From contig JAZQXC010000014.1 in the NCBI GenBank assembly GCA_045632645.1, forward strand, positions 18,166 to 82,165: DNA of 64,000 nt. The letters are read 5' to 3'. Below are positions 50,444-60,834 of the stretch, in pieces. Under the pieces are notes generated by a model that was not told the DNA's origin, searched no databases, and worked only from the letters and a program-made list of their open reading frames with translations. The number at the start of each line of letters is the position of its first letter. The stretch's first letter is position 1. Made by a program: the position numbers and the translations under genes. The stretch is from Alphaproteobacteria bacterium. GTDB taxonomy: Bacteria; Pseudomonadota; Alphaproteobacteria; RF32; CAG-239.

Positions 50444-51578
50444 TCACCCTAGAGTCTTTTGGCAACACAACAAAATACCTACCACTATTGTTCATCTTGC
50501 CCGCATATTCTAAAGCATCTTCGCCATGCCCCCAAAAATAATCCCCGCGAATAGGTCCCTTAATTGCGCCACCAACATCTTCAGCCACAATTAATTTATT
50601 TAATTTGCCAACAGGGCTATCCGTTTCTAACCACAAAATAGTGCCCAGAGGAATAAAAGATTTATCAACTGCCATTGCTCTTCCTGCAAACAAAGGAACA
50701 CCAAGCGCCCCTATAGGTCCTTCTGCATCAACTATTTTATGAAAAATATATCTATTATTTACCCTCATATTTTCAACAGCTTTGGCGCCATTTTTATTTA
50801 GCCATTTTCGAATTTTCATCATAGATGCATCTTGAGGTTTAATAAGCCCCCTTTCTAACAAAATAGAACCAATTCCTCTAAAACTATGTCCATTATTTTC
50901 TTGGTAACCAATTCTAACATTTTCACCATCAGGAAGACTTGCCACCGCAGACCCTTGAATTTGCATTATATATATATCAACCAAATTATCTCCCCATAAA
51001 ACAACAGGAGCATCGATTCCATTTATCTCAATATCTTTTCTTGTATAATATTTAACAAGCCTTCCATTCTCAACCCTACCAATTAGTCTCTCATTTGGAA
51101 GTTTTAAATTAAAATCCCTAAGATTTACCTCAATCAAATCATTCGGTTTACCATAAATAGGGTATTTATATTTATCATCTTTTTTATAACTAGCCCTAAT
51201 CTCTGCCTCATAATAAGACGTAAATTTTCCCTTATCACTGCCATTAAAAACAACTAAATATGGTTCAAAATTTCTTTCTATATATTTTTTTATTTCGCTT
51301 ATATCACTTAGTTTATTTATTCTTTTACAATGCTTTTTATACTCATCTACTGAATATTCAAAAACATCGCTTTTTAAGGTATCATTTTTATTTTGTTCAA
51401 TTTTTTCACATACAGATTTAATTGTTTTATCAAACAAAAAAAGATTATCTTTATTCCACCCATCTAAACTCGAAAACTTTGTTTTCTTTAAGACAAAACC
51501 AACCTCTCGCCCGCCTTTATCAACCGAGCAAGAAAACACCATTAAGCTTAATAAAACAACAAGTACACGTCTTAGCAT
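50427..51578 (-). CDS. mltA: Membrane-bound lytic murein transglycosylase A (lipoprotein)
   Basis: Lipobox VFSC; MltA and 3D-domain motifs LIVAEDVGGAIKG...DYFWG. Confidence 0.85.
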   Translation of the reverse strand: MLRRVLVVLLSLMVFSCSVDKGGREVGFVLKKTKFSSLDGWNKDNLFLFDKTIKSVCEKIEQNKNDTLKSDVFEYSVDEYKKHCKRINKLSDISEIKKYIERNFEPYLVVFNGSDKGKFTSYYEAEIRASYKKDDKYKYPIYGKPNDLIEVNLRDFNLKLPNERLIGRVENGRLVKYYTRKDIEINGIDAPVVLWGDNLVDIYIMQIQGSAVASLPDGENVRIGYQENNGHSFRGIGSILLERGLIKPQDASMMKIRKWLNKNGAKAVENMRVNNRYIFHKIVDAEGPIGALGVPLFAGRAMAVDKSFIPLGTILWLETDSPVGKLNKLIVAEDVGGAIKGPIRGDYFWGHGEDALEYAGKMNNSGRYFVVLPKDSRVSVYGR

Positions 51579-52210
51579 TTTTTAGTAGAACACAACAACC
51601 AGTTATTAACCCTAGAATTTAATCCTTTTTCAAAAGTCCAAACATCAGAGATTGTTTGAACATAATTTTCATCTCCCTCTATAACCTCGCCTTCAGCATT
51701 TTTCAAAAGATTAACTTGTTCGCTAACAAACTTAACCACAATATTAACCTTATCATCAACAAAATTAACTGCTTCTATCTCTGTTTCAACAAATCCAATT
51801 AAATCTGTTTCAGATGTAATTCCATTTTCTTTACGAAAATCAACCACGCTTTCAAACTTTTTCAACAAATCTTTATTAACCAACATAGAAAGTGTTTTAT
51901 TATCTCCTTTACTAAAAGACTGCAAAATCATTTCAAAAGCTTTTTGCGCCCCTTTAATAAAAACACCTTTATCAAAATTAGGAATTTTAAACAACTCTCT
52001 ATCAAGTGGAGTCATATTTGCCAAATCCACCCCTTTATTTGCAATAATATCTGCATTTTTTTTCATTTCTTTATAAACACGCTCTAGCTGTTCTTTTTGC
52101 ACAACAATAATTTTAGTATCCTCAACATCACTACCAAGAACACTCTTGAGTTTACCAAAGATTACAACCACTAAAACTAATAAAAATATAATATCTAAGT
52201 ATCCTGACAT
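51572..52210 (-). CDS. Tim44-like domain protein
   Basis: N-terminal TM helix, 212 aa; conserved neighbourhood with mltA and secB. Confidence 0.7.
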   Translation of the reverse strand: MSGYLDIIFLLVLVVVIFGKLKSVLGSDVEDTKIIVVQKEQLERVYKEMKKNADIIANKGVDLANMTPLDRELFKIPNFDKGVFIKGAQKAFEMILQSFSKGDNKTLSMLVNKDLLKKFESVVDFRKENGITSETDLIGFVETEIEAVNFVDDKVNIVVKFVSEQVNLLKNAEGEVIEGDENYVQTISDVWTFEKGLNSRVNNWLLCSTKKC

Positions 52211-52334
52211 TTATCACCTCTGTTTAATTTAATATAAATATAGGTCTAAATATCTTTATTATCAACTATTATATTTGACGTATAAAAATAAAAGTTTATA
52301 TTATAACCAAAATAAACCATATAGAGAGGAAAAT

Positions 52335-52778
52335 ATGACAAACAATAACGAGCAACATTTAGTATCTATCGTATCACAATATATAAAAGATATGTCACTT
52401 GAAGTTCCTGGTGCTCCAGAAATTTACACAAAAATTTCTACCCAACCACAAATAGGTGTAGAATTAAATATTGATGTGAAGAAAAAAGAAAACGATATGT
52501 TTGAAGTAGTTTTAAACATTCGCATCAACGCAGATATCGAAAAAGAAAAACTATTCATCTTCGAGTTATCTTATGGCTCACTAAATATTATAAAACTACC
52601 AGAAGAACAAATAGAGCCTGTATTATTCATTGAAATACCTAAAATGTTATTCCCATTTGCTCGTCAAATTATTGCATCTAACTTAGCAGAAGCTAATATG
52701 CCTCCATTATTATTAGCGCCTGTTGATTTCTCTGCAATTTACAGAACAAAAAAAGATAATTTAGTAAAGCCAAATTAA
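52335..52778 (+). CDS. secB: Protein-export chaperone SecB
   Basis: AGAGAGG RBS before MTNNNEQ; SecB core ...LFPFARQIIA... Confidence 0.8.
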   Translation: MTNNNEQHLVSIVSQYIKDMSLEVPGAPEIYTKISTQPQIGVELNIDVKKKENDMFEVVLNIRINADIEKEKLFIFELSYGSLNIIKLPEEQIEPVLFIEIPKMLFPFARQIIASNLAEANMPPLLLAPVDFSAIYRTKKDNLVKPN

Positions 52779-52779
52779 G

Positions 52780-53247
52780 ATGAGATTAGCTCTTTTTCAA
52801 CCAGACATCCCTCAAAACACCGGAACCTTATTAAGACTTGGTGCTTGTTTGGATTTACCAATAGACATCATAGAACCTTGTGGTTTTATATTTAACGAAA
52901 AAGCCATGAAACGTGCCGGTATGGATTATTTACACTTAGCTTCATACCAAAGACACAATTCATGGCAAGATTTTCTAGAATATAGAGAAGCACACAAAGA
53001 AGAATATGGTCGTATTATTTTAATGACAACAAAGTCAACAACGCGCTATACAGATTTTAAGTTTAAACCAAATGACATAATACTAATGGGAAGAGAAAGC
53101 GCCGGAGTCCCAGAAGCCGTGCACCAACTAGCCGATGCAAGATTAACGATTCCAATGAACGAAAACGCTCGCTCAATAAATGTTGCAGTTTCAGCGGTAA
53201 TGGTTATAGGAGAGGCTCTAAAACAAACAAACTCCTTTCCTAAGTAA
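52780..53247 (+). CDS. trmL: tRNA (cytidine/uridine-2'-O)-methyltransferase TrmL (SpoU family)
   Basis: FQPDIPQNTGTLLRLGA; 155 aa. Confidence 0.85.
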   Translation: MRLALFQPDIPQNTGTLLRLGACLDLPIDIIEPCGFIFNEKAMKRAGMDYLHLASYQRHNSWQDFLEYREAHKEEYGRIILMTTKSTTRYTDFKFKPNDIILMGRESAGVPEAVHQLADARLTIPMNENARSINVAVSAVMVIGEALKQTNSFPK

Positions 53248-53328
53248 TTGTTTTTAATGTTAATATTAAAATTTTCGAAAAAAAATTAATTTTTTTTAAA
53301 ATTAGGTCTAGATTTGTTACAAAAAATG

Positions 53329-53337
53329 TGATATAGT
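53329..53337 (+). promoter_or_regulatory. Extended -10 promoter element (TGaTATAGT) upstream of carD
   Basis: Seen directly about 55 nt upstream of ATG; GGAG RBS follows. Confidence 0.35.
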
Positions 53338-53390
53338 CACGTTGTTTTCTAAGATATAGTACACACTTAATCCAAGGAGATTATTTAAAG

Positions 53391-53900
53391 ATGAAGAAAG
53401 GCACAGTTGTCAACTTTAACTCTGGCGAATATGTTGTTTACCCGACCCATGGTGTTGGTAAAGTAACAAATATTGCCAAACAAACCATTGCTGGTAGCGA
53501 GTTAGAGCTATTAGTTGTTAATTTCGATAAAGATAAAATGACTTTGCGTGTACCTATGGCAAAATTAGGTCAAGTTGGTTTACGTAAAATATCTGACGAT
53601 TTAACAATGAAAGAAGCTCTCGCTACATTAAAAGGAAAACCAAGAATTAAAAAGATTATGTGGTCAAGAAGAGCACAAGAATACGAAAATAAAATAAATT
53701 CAGGCAACCCAATTGCCGTTGCTGAGGTAATTCGTGACTTACATCGCAATGAAAACCTTGCAGAGCAATCATATAGCGAACGCCAAATTTATGAACAAGC
53801 TGTTGAGCGTTTAGCTAGCGAAGTTGCAGTATATGATAATATAAGTTTAGAAGAAGCTAGCAAAAAATTATTAGATACTGTTTCTACTCGCAACCTATAA
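53391..53900 (+). CDS. carD: CarD/CdnL-family RNA polymerase-binding transcription factor
   Basis: GEYVVYPTHGVGKV RNAP-interaction domain; 169 aa. Confidence 0.85.
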   Translation: MKKGTVVNFNSGEYVVYPTHGVGKVTNIAKQTIAGSELELLVVNFDKDKMTLRVPMAKLGQVGLRKISDDLTMKEALATLKGKPRIKKIMWSRRAQEYENKINSGNPIAVAEVIRDLHRNENLAEQSYSERQIYEQAVERLASEVAVYDNISLEEASKKLLDTVSTRNL

Positions 53901-53919
53901 AAAATATATACAAATTAAA

Positions 53920-53946
53920 AACACCCCAAAACGGGGTGTTTTTTTG
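53920..53946. terminator. Bidirectional terminator between carD and eno
   Basis: CACCCCaaaaCGGGGTG + T7. Confidence 0.85.
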
Positions 53947-53955
53947 TAATAAATC

Positions 53956-55251
<1,296 letters not shown>

Positions 55252-55359
55252 TTATTTATATAATATCCCAAAAAAACAAAAACAATCCACCAAAAAAACT
55301 TGTAAAATAATAAAACCAATAATAAAATATCAATACATTAAACAAAAAGGGGAAACATC

Positions 55360-55824
55360 ATGTTTACAATGAAATGGCACTATCGTTTTATGGAACTAGC
55401 AAAATTAATATCAACTTGGTCAAAAGATACATCAACCAAAACAGGTGCTGTCGTTGTTGGTCCTGATAAAGAAATAAGAGCAACAGGCTATAATGGTTTT
55501 GTTAGGGGTGTTGACGACGAAGTTTTTGAACGCTTTGAGCGCCCTACAAAATATGACTTCTTTGAACACGCAGAACGCAATGCTATTTATAACGCTTGCT
55601 TATGTGGAACTCAAGTTAAAGGATGTATTTTATATGCTACACACTACCCTTGTACAGATTGCACAAGAGCTATAATTCAATCAGGTATAAAACTTGTTGT
55701 TACAAACCCATTGGTTATAGATAAAAACACCCCTCAAAACACTTGGAGAGATAAAATTACATACTCAGAACAAATGTTAAAAGAAGCTGGTGTAGAACTT
55801 TTAATACTTCCAGAACAAAAATAA
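55360..55824 (+). CDS. Deoxycytidylate (dCMP) deaminase, cytidine deaminase-like zinc family
   Basis: HAERNA...PCTDC zinc-binding motifs; 154 aa. Confidence 0.8.
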   Translation: MFTMKWHYRFMELAKLISTWSKDTSTKTGAVVVGPDKEIRATGYNGFVRGVDDEVFERFERPTKYDFFEHAERNAIYNACLCGTQVKGCILYATHYPCTDCTRAIIQSGIKLVVTNPLVIDKNTPQNTWRDKITYSEQMLKEAGVELLILPEQK

Positions 55825-55908
55825 ACTCTCTAATACCTTTAAAACTTAATAATCCGTACTTATATTGCAACTACGTTTTACAAACACCTTATTTTTGAGG
55901 AGATGAAA

Positions 55909-56538
55909 ATGAAGGTTTTAATAACGGACGAACAATCATTATTTAGAGATGGATTATCTTTAAGACTAAAAGAAATAAAAGAAGATTTAATAATACTACA
56001 AGCTTCATCTATAATAGAAATGCAAAAAATCTTATCAAGAGAACCTCTTATAGATGTTCTAATATTAGATATAGATTTATTAGAGCTCAACTCAACAGAA
56101 ATTATAAATAAAATAAAAAACACACACCCAAATATAAAAATTATAGCTATATCTTCATCAGAAGACGTAAGAAACATCAAGAAAATTTTATCAAATGGTG
56201 TTAAGGGATATATAACCAAACGCTCAGATAGTAATATCCTAAGTGGCGCACTAAAACTAATTTTAGATGGAGGAACATATATTCCACCAGTTATGCTAAA
56301 TAATGGTGTCGATTATAATTCACCTTTGCACCAATCTTGCATAAAAAAGAATTTAACAAACAGACAATCACAAGTATTAGATTTAATAGCACAAGGCAAA
56401 TCAAACAAGCAAATTGCTTATGATATGGGAGTATCAGAGGCAACTGTTAAACTACATATAAACGCACTTTTACGCTCACTAAAAGTAAACAATAGAACTC
56501 AAGCTGTCATTACAGCTCAAAAAATGGGGTTGATTTAA
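55909..56538 (+). CDS. Orphan response regulator, REC + LuxR/NarL-type HTH
   Basis: GAGGAG RBS 7 nt before second ATG; receiver Asp in LILDIDL; C-terminal ...KQIAYDMGVSEATVKLH... Confidence 0.8.
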   Translation: MKVLITDEQSLFRDGLSLRLKEIKEDLIILQASSIIEMQKILSREPLIDVLILDIDLLELNSTEIINKIKNTHPNIKIIAISSSEDVRNIKKILSNGVKGYITKRSDSNILSGALKLILDGGTYIPPVMLNNGVDYNSPLHQSCIKKNLTNRQSQVLDLIAQGKSNKQIAYDMGVSEATVKLHINALLRSLKVNNRTQAVITAQKMGLI

Positions 56539-56600
56539 AACTTAAAGATTATTTTACCTTTTTAACCTAAAATAGCTTAAACAAAAAACAGGAGTTTAAA

Positions 56601-57302
56601 ATGTTATATGCTTTTTTAGGTTTTATTTTGGGTTTTTATATACCATACACAGCAAGGCGTTTTGCAAAATTTATGCCAGCAACATTAGCTTATGCTCTTT
56701 ATCGTATCTTTACACCAAACAAACAAGTTTCTAAAGAAAAAAGAAACAAAAACCCTATCTATAAAAAATTACTCCATAAATATTTTATGCGCTCACTCGG
56801 ATGGGGTATTATTTGTTCTGCTATTTTTTATCTAAACAACCTAACATCTCCATCAAACGAAACCCCTTGGTTATCATACTTTATAATAATACTTTTATTA
56901 TTAATGGAGATAGATAATAGAATTATGTATCTACCAGACATATTAACCTCGCCACTTCTTTTAGGTGGATTTGCTTATGCTGTATTCTCAGGATATTTAT
57001 TAGGAGAAAATATAGCTTCATCAACAGCAAACAGCGCCCTTGGTGCAATTTTTGGTTATATAGTACCTGTTATTGCCTCCCTATTACTTATAAAAAAACA
57101 CCCAGATAATCTTGGAGGTGGAGACATAAAAGTTTTATCCGCTATTGGTGCATGGCTTGGTTTGGTTAATATCCCTTATGTAATTCTTTTATCATGCCCC
57201 ATATTTGCATTAACTTGCTACATAAAAAAACAAAAACAAGGTGCATTTGGACCATCAATCGTAATATCTGCACTTATTATACTGTTCTTGTTAAAATACT
57301 AA
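56601..57302 (+). CDS. Type IV prepilin peptidase (A24 family, CpaA/TadV-like; no N-terminal zinc domain)
   Basis: Catalytic motifs EIDNRIMYLPD and GGGDIKVLSAIGAWLG; 233 aa polytopic. Confidence 0.7.
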   Translation: MLYAFLGFILGFYIPYTARRFAKFMPATLAYALYRIFTPNKQVSKEKRNKNPIYKKLLHKYFMRSLGWGIICSAIFYLNNLTSPSNETPWLSYFIIILLLLMEIDNRIMYLPDILTSPLLLGGFAYAVFSGYLLGENIASSTANSALGAIFGYIVPVIASLLLIKKHPDNLGGGDIKVLSAIGAWLGLVNIPYVILLSCPIFALTCYIKKQKQGAFGPSIVISALIILFLLKY

Positions 57303-57304
57303 AT

Positions 57305-57333
57305 AAAAAGACCGGTTTTCCGGTCTTTTTTTA
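57305..57333. terminator. Bidirectional terminator
   Basis: GACCGGttttCCGGTC + T8. Confidence 0.85.
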
Positions 57334-57792
57334 TTTACCAAAATTGTTTTCTTTTTTATCACCAGGTAGTGTAAACAAAAACACTAAAGCTAAACCACCA
57401 ACATATGGAATTAAGCTTATAGCAAACCACCAACCTGAAAAATTAATATCATGTAAGCGACGAACGCCTAAACCAACACTTGGCACTAAAAGAATTAAAA
57501 AATACGCCATTGATAAAATTTCTAAAAATGGAAAAACAGCCACTAACAAAGAAATAGCCACACCCATCAAAACAGAATAAAGAGCAAACATCCAATATCT
57601 ACAACGTGAAACTCTACCATCAAATTTCACATATTCGTTTTTAAGATAATCAACAAAGCAATTATTAAATCCTTTTAAAAATTTTTCTTTGTTAACATCT
57701 TTTACTTTATCCATTTCGTTTTTTACATCTTTTGCAATACCTAAAATAAGTTCTTTTACCTTATTTACATCTTTAAAATCATTAATCTCCAT
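57331..57792 (-). CDS. DUF805 (YhaH-like) inner-membrane protein
   Basis: AAGGAG RBS before MEINDF; GRVSRCRYWMF...RRLHDINFSGWW signature. Confidence 0.75.
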   Translation of the reverse strand: MEINDFKDVNKVKELILGIAKDVKNEMDKVKDVNKEKFLKGFNNCFVDYLKNEYVKFDGRVSRCRYWMFALYSVLMGVAISLLVAVFPFLEILSMAYFLILLVPSVGLGVRRLHDINFSGWWFAISLIPYVGGLALVFLFTLPGDKKENNFGK

Positions 57793-57875
57793 AAGTATTC
57801 TCCTTAAATTATTATATATAAATATCATTAGATAATTATTTAATCAATTCAAACAAAAATAAAAGATATATACAA

Positions 57876-57906
57876 AAATCCCCGCCAAATTAGCGGGGAT
57901 TTTCTT
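57876..57906 (-). terminator. Rho-independent terminator after ppdK
   Basis: ATCCCCGCcaaattaGCGGGGAT flanked by A/T runs. Confidence 0.85.
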
Positions 57907-57924
57907 TAATTCAGTGTTTGCAAA

Positions 57925-60630
57925 TTAGCAAGCTTCTTTGCAACAACAACCACCTTTAACTGCATCAACAGCTTTTGGTTGACCTTTTTGCTTAACAGCA
58001 GCTTGTGCAGCAGCTAAACGAGCAACAGGTACACGGAATGGAGAACAAGATACATAATCTAAACCGCAAGAATTGAAGAATTCAATAGATGCAGGATCAC
58101 CACCATGCTCACCACAAACACCCAAGTGAATATCTGGGTTAGTCATACGACCATGAACACATGCGCGTTTAACAAGTTTACCAACACCTTCAACATCGAT
58201 AGATGCAAATGGGTCAGCAACATAAACACCTTTAGCTCTATATTCATCAAGAATAGCACCAGTATCGTCGCGGCTCATACCCAATGTTGTTTGAGTTAAG
58301 TCGTTTGTACCAAAACCAAAGAAACCAGCTGTTTCTGCAATATGTTCAGCTTGTAAAGCAGCTCTTGGTAACTCAATCATGGTACCAACAAGGTATTCAA
58401 TCCTTTGACCTTTTTCAGCAAATACTTTTTCTGCTGTTGTATCAATAACGTTCTTAACAATATCCAATTCCTTCTTAGAACCAATTAATGGAACTTCTAT
58501 TTCAGGAATAACCTTGATACCTTTAGAAGCACATTCTAAAGCAGCTTCCAAGATAGCTCTTGTTTGCATTTCTGCAATTTCAGGATATGTAACAGCTAAA
58601 CGACAACCACGGTGACCAAGCATTGGGTTTAATTCGTGTAATTGTTCTGCACGAGTTTTAACTTGAGCTAAAGTCATACCCATTTTATCAGCCAATTCTT
58701 GCATTTCTACATCTGTATGAGGTAAGAATTCATGCAAAGGTGGGTCTAACAAACGAACAGTAACTGGAAGACCATCCATAATTGTAAACAAGTCAACAAA
58801 GTCTTGTTTTTGGTATGGTAACAAGTTAGCTAAAGCTTTGCGACGACCTTCTTCAGTAGAAGATAAAATCATAGCGCGCATATCAGCAATTCTGTTTGCA
58901 TCAAAGAACATATGTTCTGTACGAGCCAAACCAATACCTTCAGCACCAAAGTTACGAGCTGTTTGAGCATCTTTTGGAGTTTCAGCGTTAGCACGAACTT
59001 TCATAGTTTTGATTTCATCAACCCAAGTCATCAATTTACCGAAGTTACCTGTCATTTCAACTTGAACAGTTGGAATTTCACCTTCAATAATTTGACCCTT
59101 AGCACCATCTAAAGATACCCAATCGCCTTCTTTAATAACAGCACCAGATTTTGTTGTCATTGTTTTTGCTTTGTAATCAATTGTAATATCTGTAGAACCA
59201 GAAACACAAGGAGTACCCATACCACGAGCAACCACAGCAGCGTGAGATGTCATACCACCACGAGCAGTAATCACACCTTGAGAAGCATGCATACCACCAA
59301 TATCTTCAGGACTTGTTTCGTTACGGATAAGGATAACTTTTTCGCCTTTATTAGCCCATTCTTCAGCATCTTCTGCATTAAATACAGCGCGACCAACAGC
59401 AGCACCTGGAGAAGCAGGAAGACCAACAGCAATAACTTTCTTTTCAGCCTTAGGGTCTAACATTGGGTGTAATAATTGGTCTAATTGATCAGCACCAACT
59501 CTCATGATAGCTTCTTCTTTAGTAAGCATACCTTCTTCATACATTTCAACAGCCATTCTTACAGCTGCTGCAGCTGTTCTTTTACCATTACGGCATTGTA
59601 ACATCCAAAGTTTACCATGCTCAATTGTAAATTCCATGTCTTGCATGTCTTTGTAATGTTTTTCAAGGTTATTACGAACATCAACTAATTCTTGATATAA
59701 GTGTGGCCATTTTTCTTCTAAAGAATTACCATCACCGATAGAAGCCATTGGTTGTGGAGTACGAATACCAGCAACAACGTCTTCACCTTGTGCATTAATT
59801 AAATATTCACCGTAGTAAACATTTTCACCTGTTGCAGGGTCACGAGAGAAACAAACACCTGTTGCACAATCATCACCAGCATTACCGAATACCATTGTTT
59901 GAACGTTAACAGCTGTACCCCAGTCACCAGGAATATTGTTTAATTTACGGTATGTAATAGCACGATCAACCATCCAAGAACCGAACACAGCACCAATACC
60001 AGCCCATAATTGATCCCAAGGATCTTGTGGAACTTCTTTACCTAATTTTTTACCGATTTCTTTATATTCGTTTACTAATTCTTTTAAATCTTCAGCTGTC
60101 ATATCTGTATCAGAAGCATATCCTTTAGATTTTTTCATATTTTCTAAAGCTTCTTCATACAAATCAATATCAGCACCCAAAACCACGTCAGAGAACATTT
60201 GGATAAAACGACGATAAGAGTCATAAGCAAATCTTTCGCTACCAGAAGCTTTTGCTAAAGCCTTAACTGTTTCATCATTCAAACCTAAGTTTAATACTGT
60301 ATCCATCATACCAGGCATAGAAACTCTAGCACCAGAACGAACAGAGAATAACAAAGGATTTTCGCTATCAGCAAATTTCTTGCCCATAATACCTTCAACA
60401 TATGCTACTGCTTGACGAACTTGGTCCTTCAAATCAGCTGGATATGTTTTGTTATTGTTGTAATAATATGTACAAACTTCTGTTGTAACTGTAAATCCTG
60501 GAGGAACAGGCATACCAACTTTGTTCATTTCTGCCAAGTTAGCACCTTTACCGCCGAGGAGATTTTTCATAGAGGCATCGCCTTCTGCGTTGCCATTACC
60601 AAATGTATATACCCATTTACTCATGGTCAA
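57925..60630 (-). CDS. ppdK: Pyruvate, phosphate dikinase
   Basis: 901 aa, PEP-utilising motifs, phospho-His region GGMTSHAAVVARG; unusual C-terminal tail KGGCCCKEAC. Confidence 0.95.
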   Translation of the reverse strand: MTMSKWVYTFGNGNAEGDASMKNLLGGKGANLAEMNKVGMPVPPGFTVTTEVCTYYYNNNKTYPADLKDQVRQAVAYVEGIMGKKFADSENPLLFSVRSGARVSMPGMMDTVLNLGLNDETVKALAKASGSERFAYDSYRRFIQMFSDVVLGADIDLYEEALENMKKSKGYASDTDMTAEDLKELVNEYKEIGKKLGKEVPQDPWDQLWAGIGAVFGSWMVDRAITYRKLNNIPGDWGTAVNVQTMVFGNAGDDCATGVCFSRDPATGENVYYGEYLINAQGEDVVAGIRTPQPMASIGDGNSLEEKWPHLYQELVDVRNNLEKHYKDMQDMEFTIEHGKLWMLQCRNGKRTAAAAVRMAVEMYEEGMLTKEEAIMRVGADQLDQLLHPMLDPKAEKKVIAVGLPASPGAAVGRAVFNAEDAEEWANKGEKVILIRNETSPEDIGGMHASQGVITARGGMTSHAAVVARGMGTPCVSGSTDITIDYKAKTMTTKSGAVIKEGDWVSLDGAKGQIIEGEIPTVQVEMTGNFGKLMTWVDEIKTMKVRANAETPKDAQTARNFGAEGIGLARTEHMFFDANRIADMRAMILSSTEEGRRKALANLLPYQKQDFVDLFTIMDGLPVTVRLLDPPLHEFLPHTDVEMQELADKMGMTLAQVKTRAEQLHELNPMLGHRGCRLAVTYPEIAEMQTRAILEAALECASKGIKVIPEIEVPLIGSKKELDIVKNVIDTTAEKVFAEKGQRIEYLVGTMIELPRAALQAEHIAETAGFFGFGTNDLTQTTLGMSRDDTGAILDEYRAKGVYVADPFASIDVEGVGKLVKRACVHGRMTNPDIHLGVCGEHGGDPASIEFFNSCGLDYVSCSPFRVPVARLAAAQAAVKQKGQPKAVDAVKGGCCCKEAC

Positions 60631-60667
60631 TCAGCTCCTATCAGCTTATGTTAAGTTAAAAACAGCC

Positions 60668-60688
60668 ACATATAAACCATTTATATGT
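60668..60688. promoter_or_regulatory. Perfect 9-3-9 inverted repeat (ACATATAAAccaTTTATATGT) in the ppdK / GT-C divergent promoter region
   Basis: Seen directly, 38-58 nt upstream of ppdK start codon. Confidence 0.35.
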
Positions 60689-60834
60689 AGCAGAACAATA
60701 AATTCTGGCACAAATCTATAACATTTATTTAGAATATTCAAGTAAAAATTTGCCATTATCTGAGATTTTTGAAACAAATTTTAACTATTATCATTTTAAA
60801 ATCAGATACATATTAAAATAAATAGGTTTTCAAT

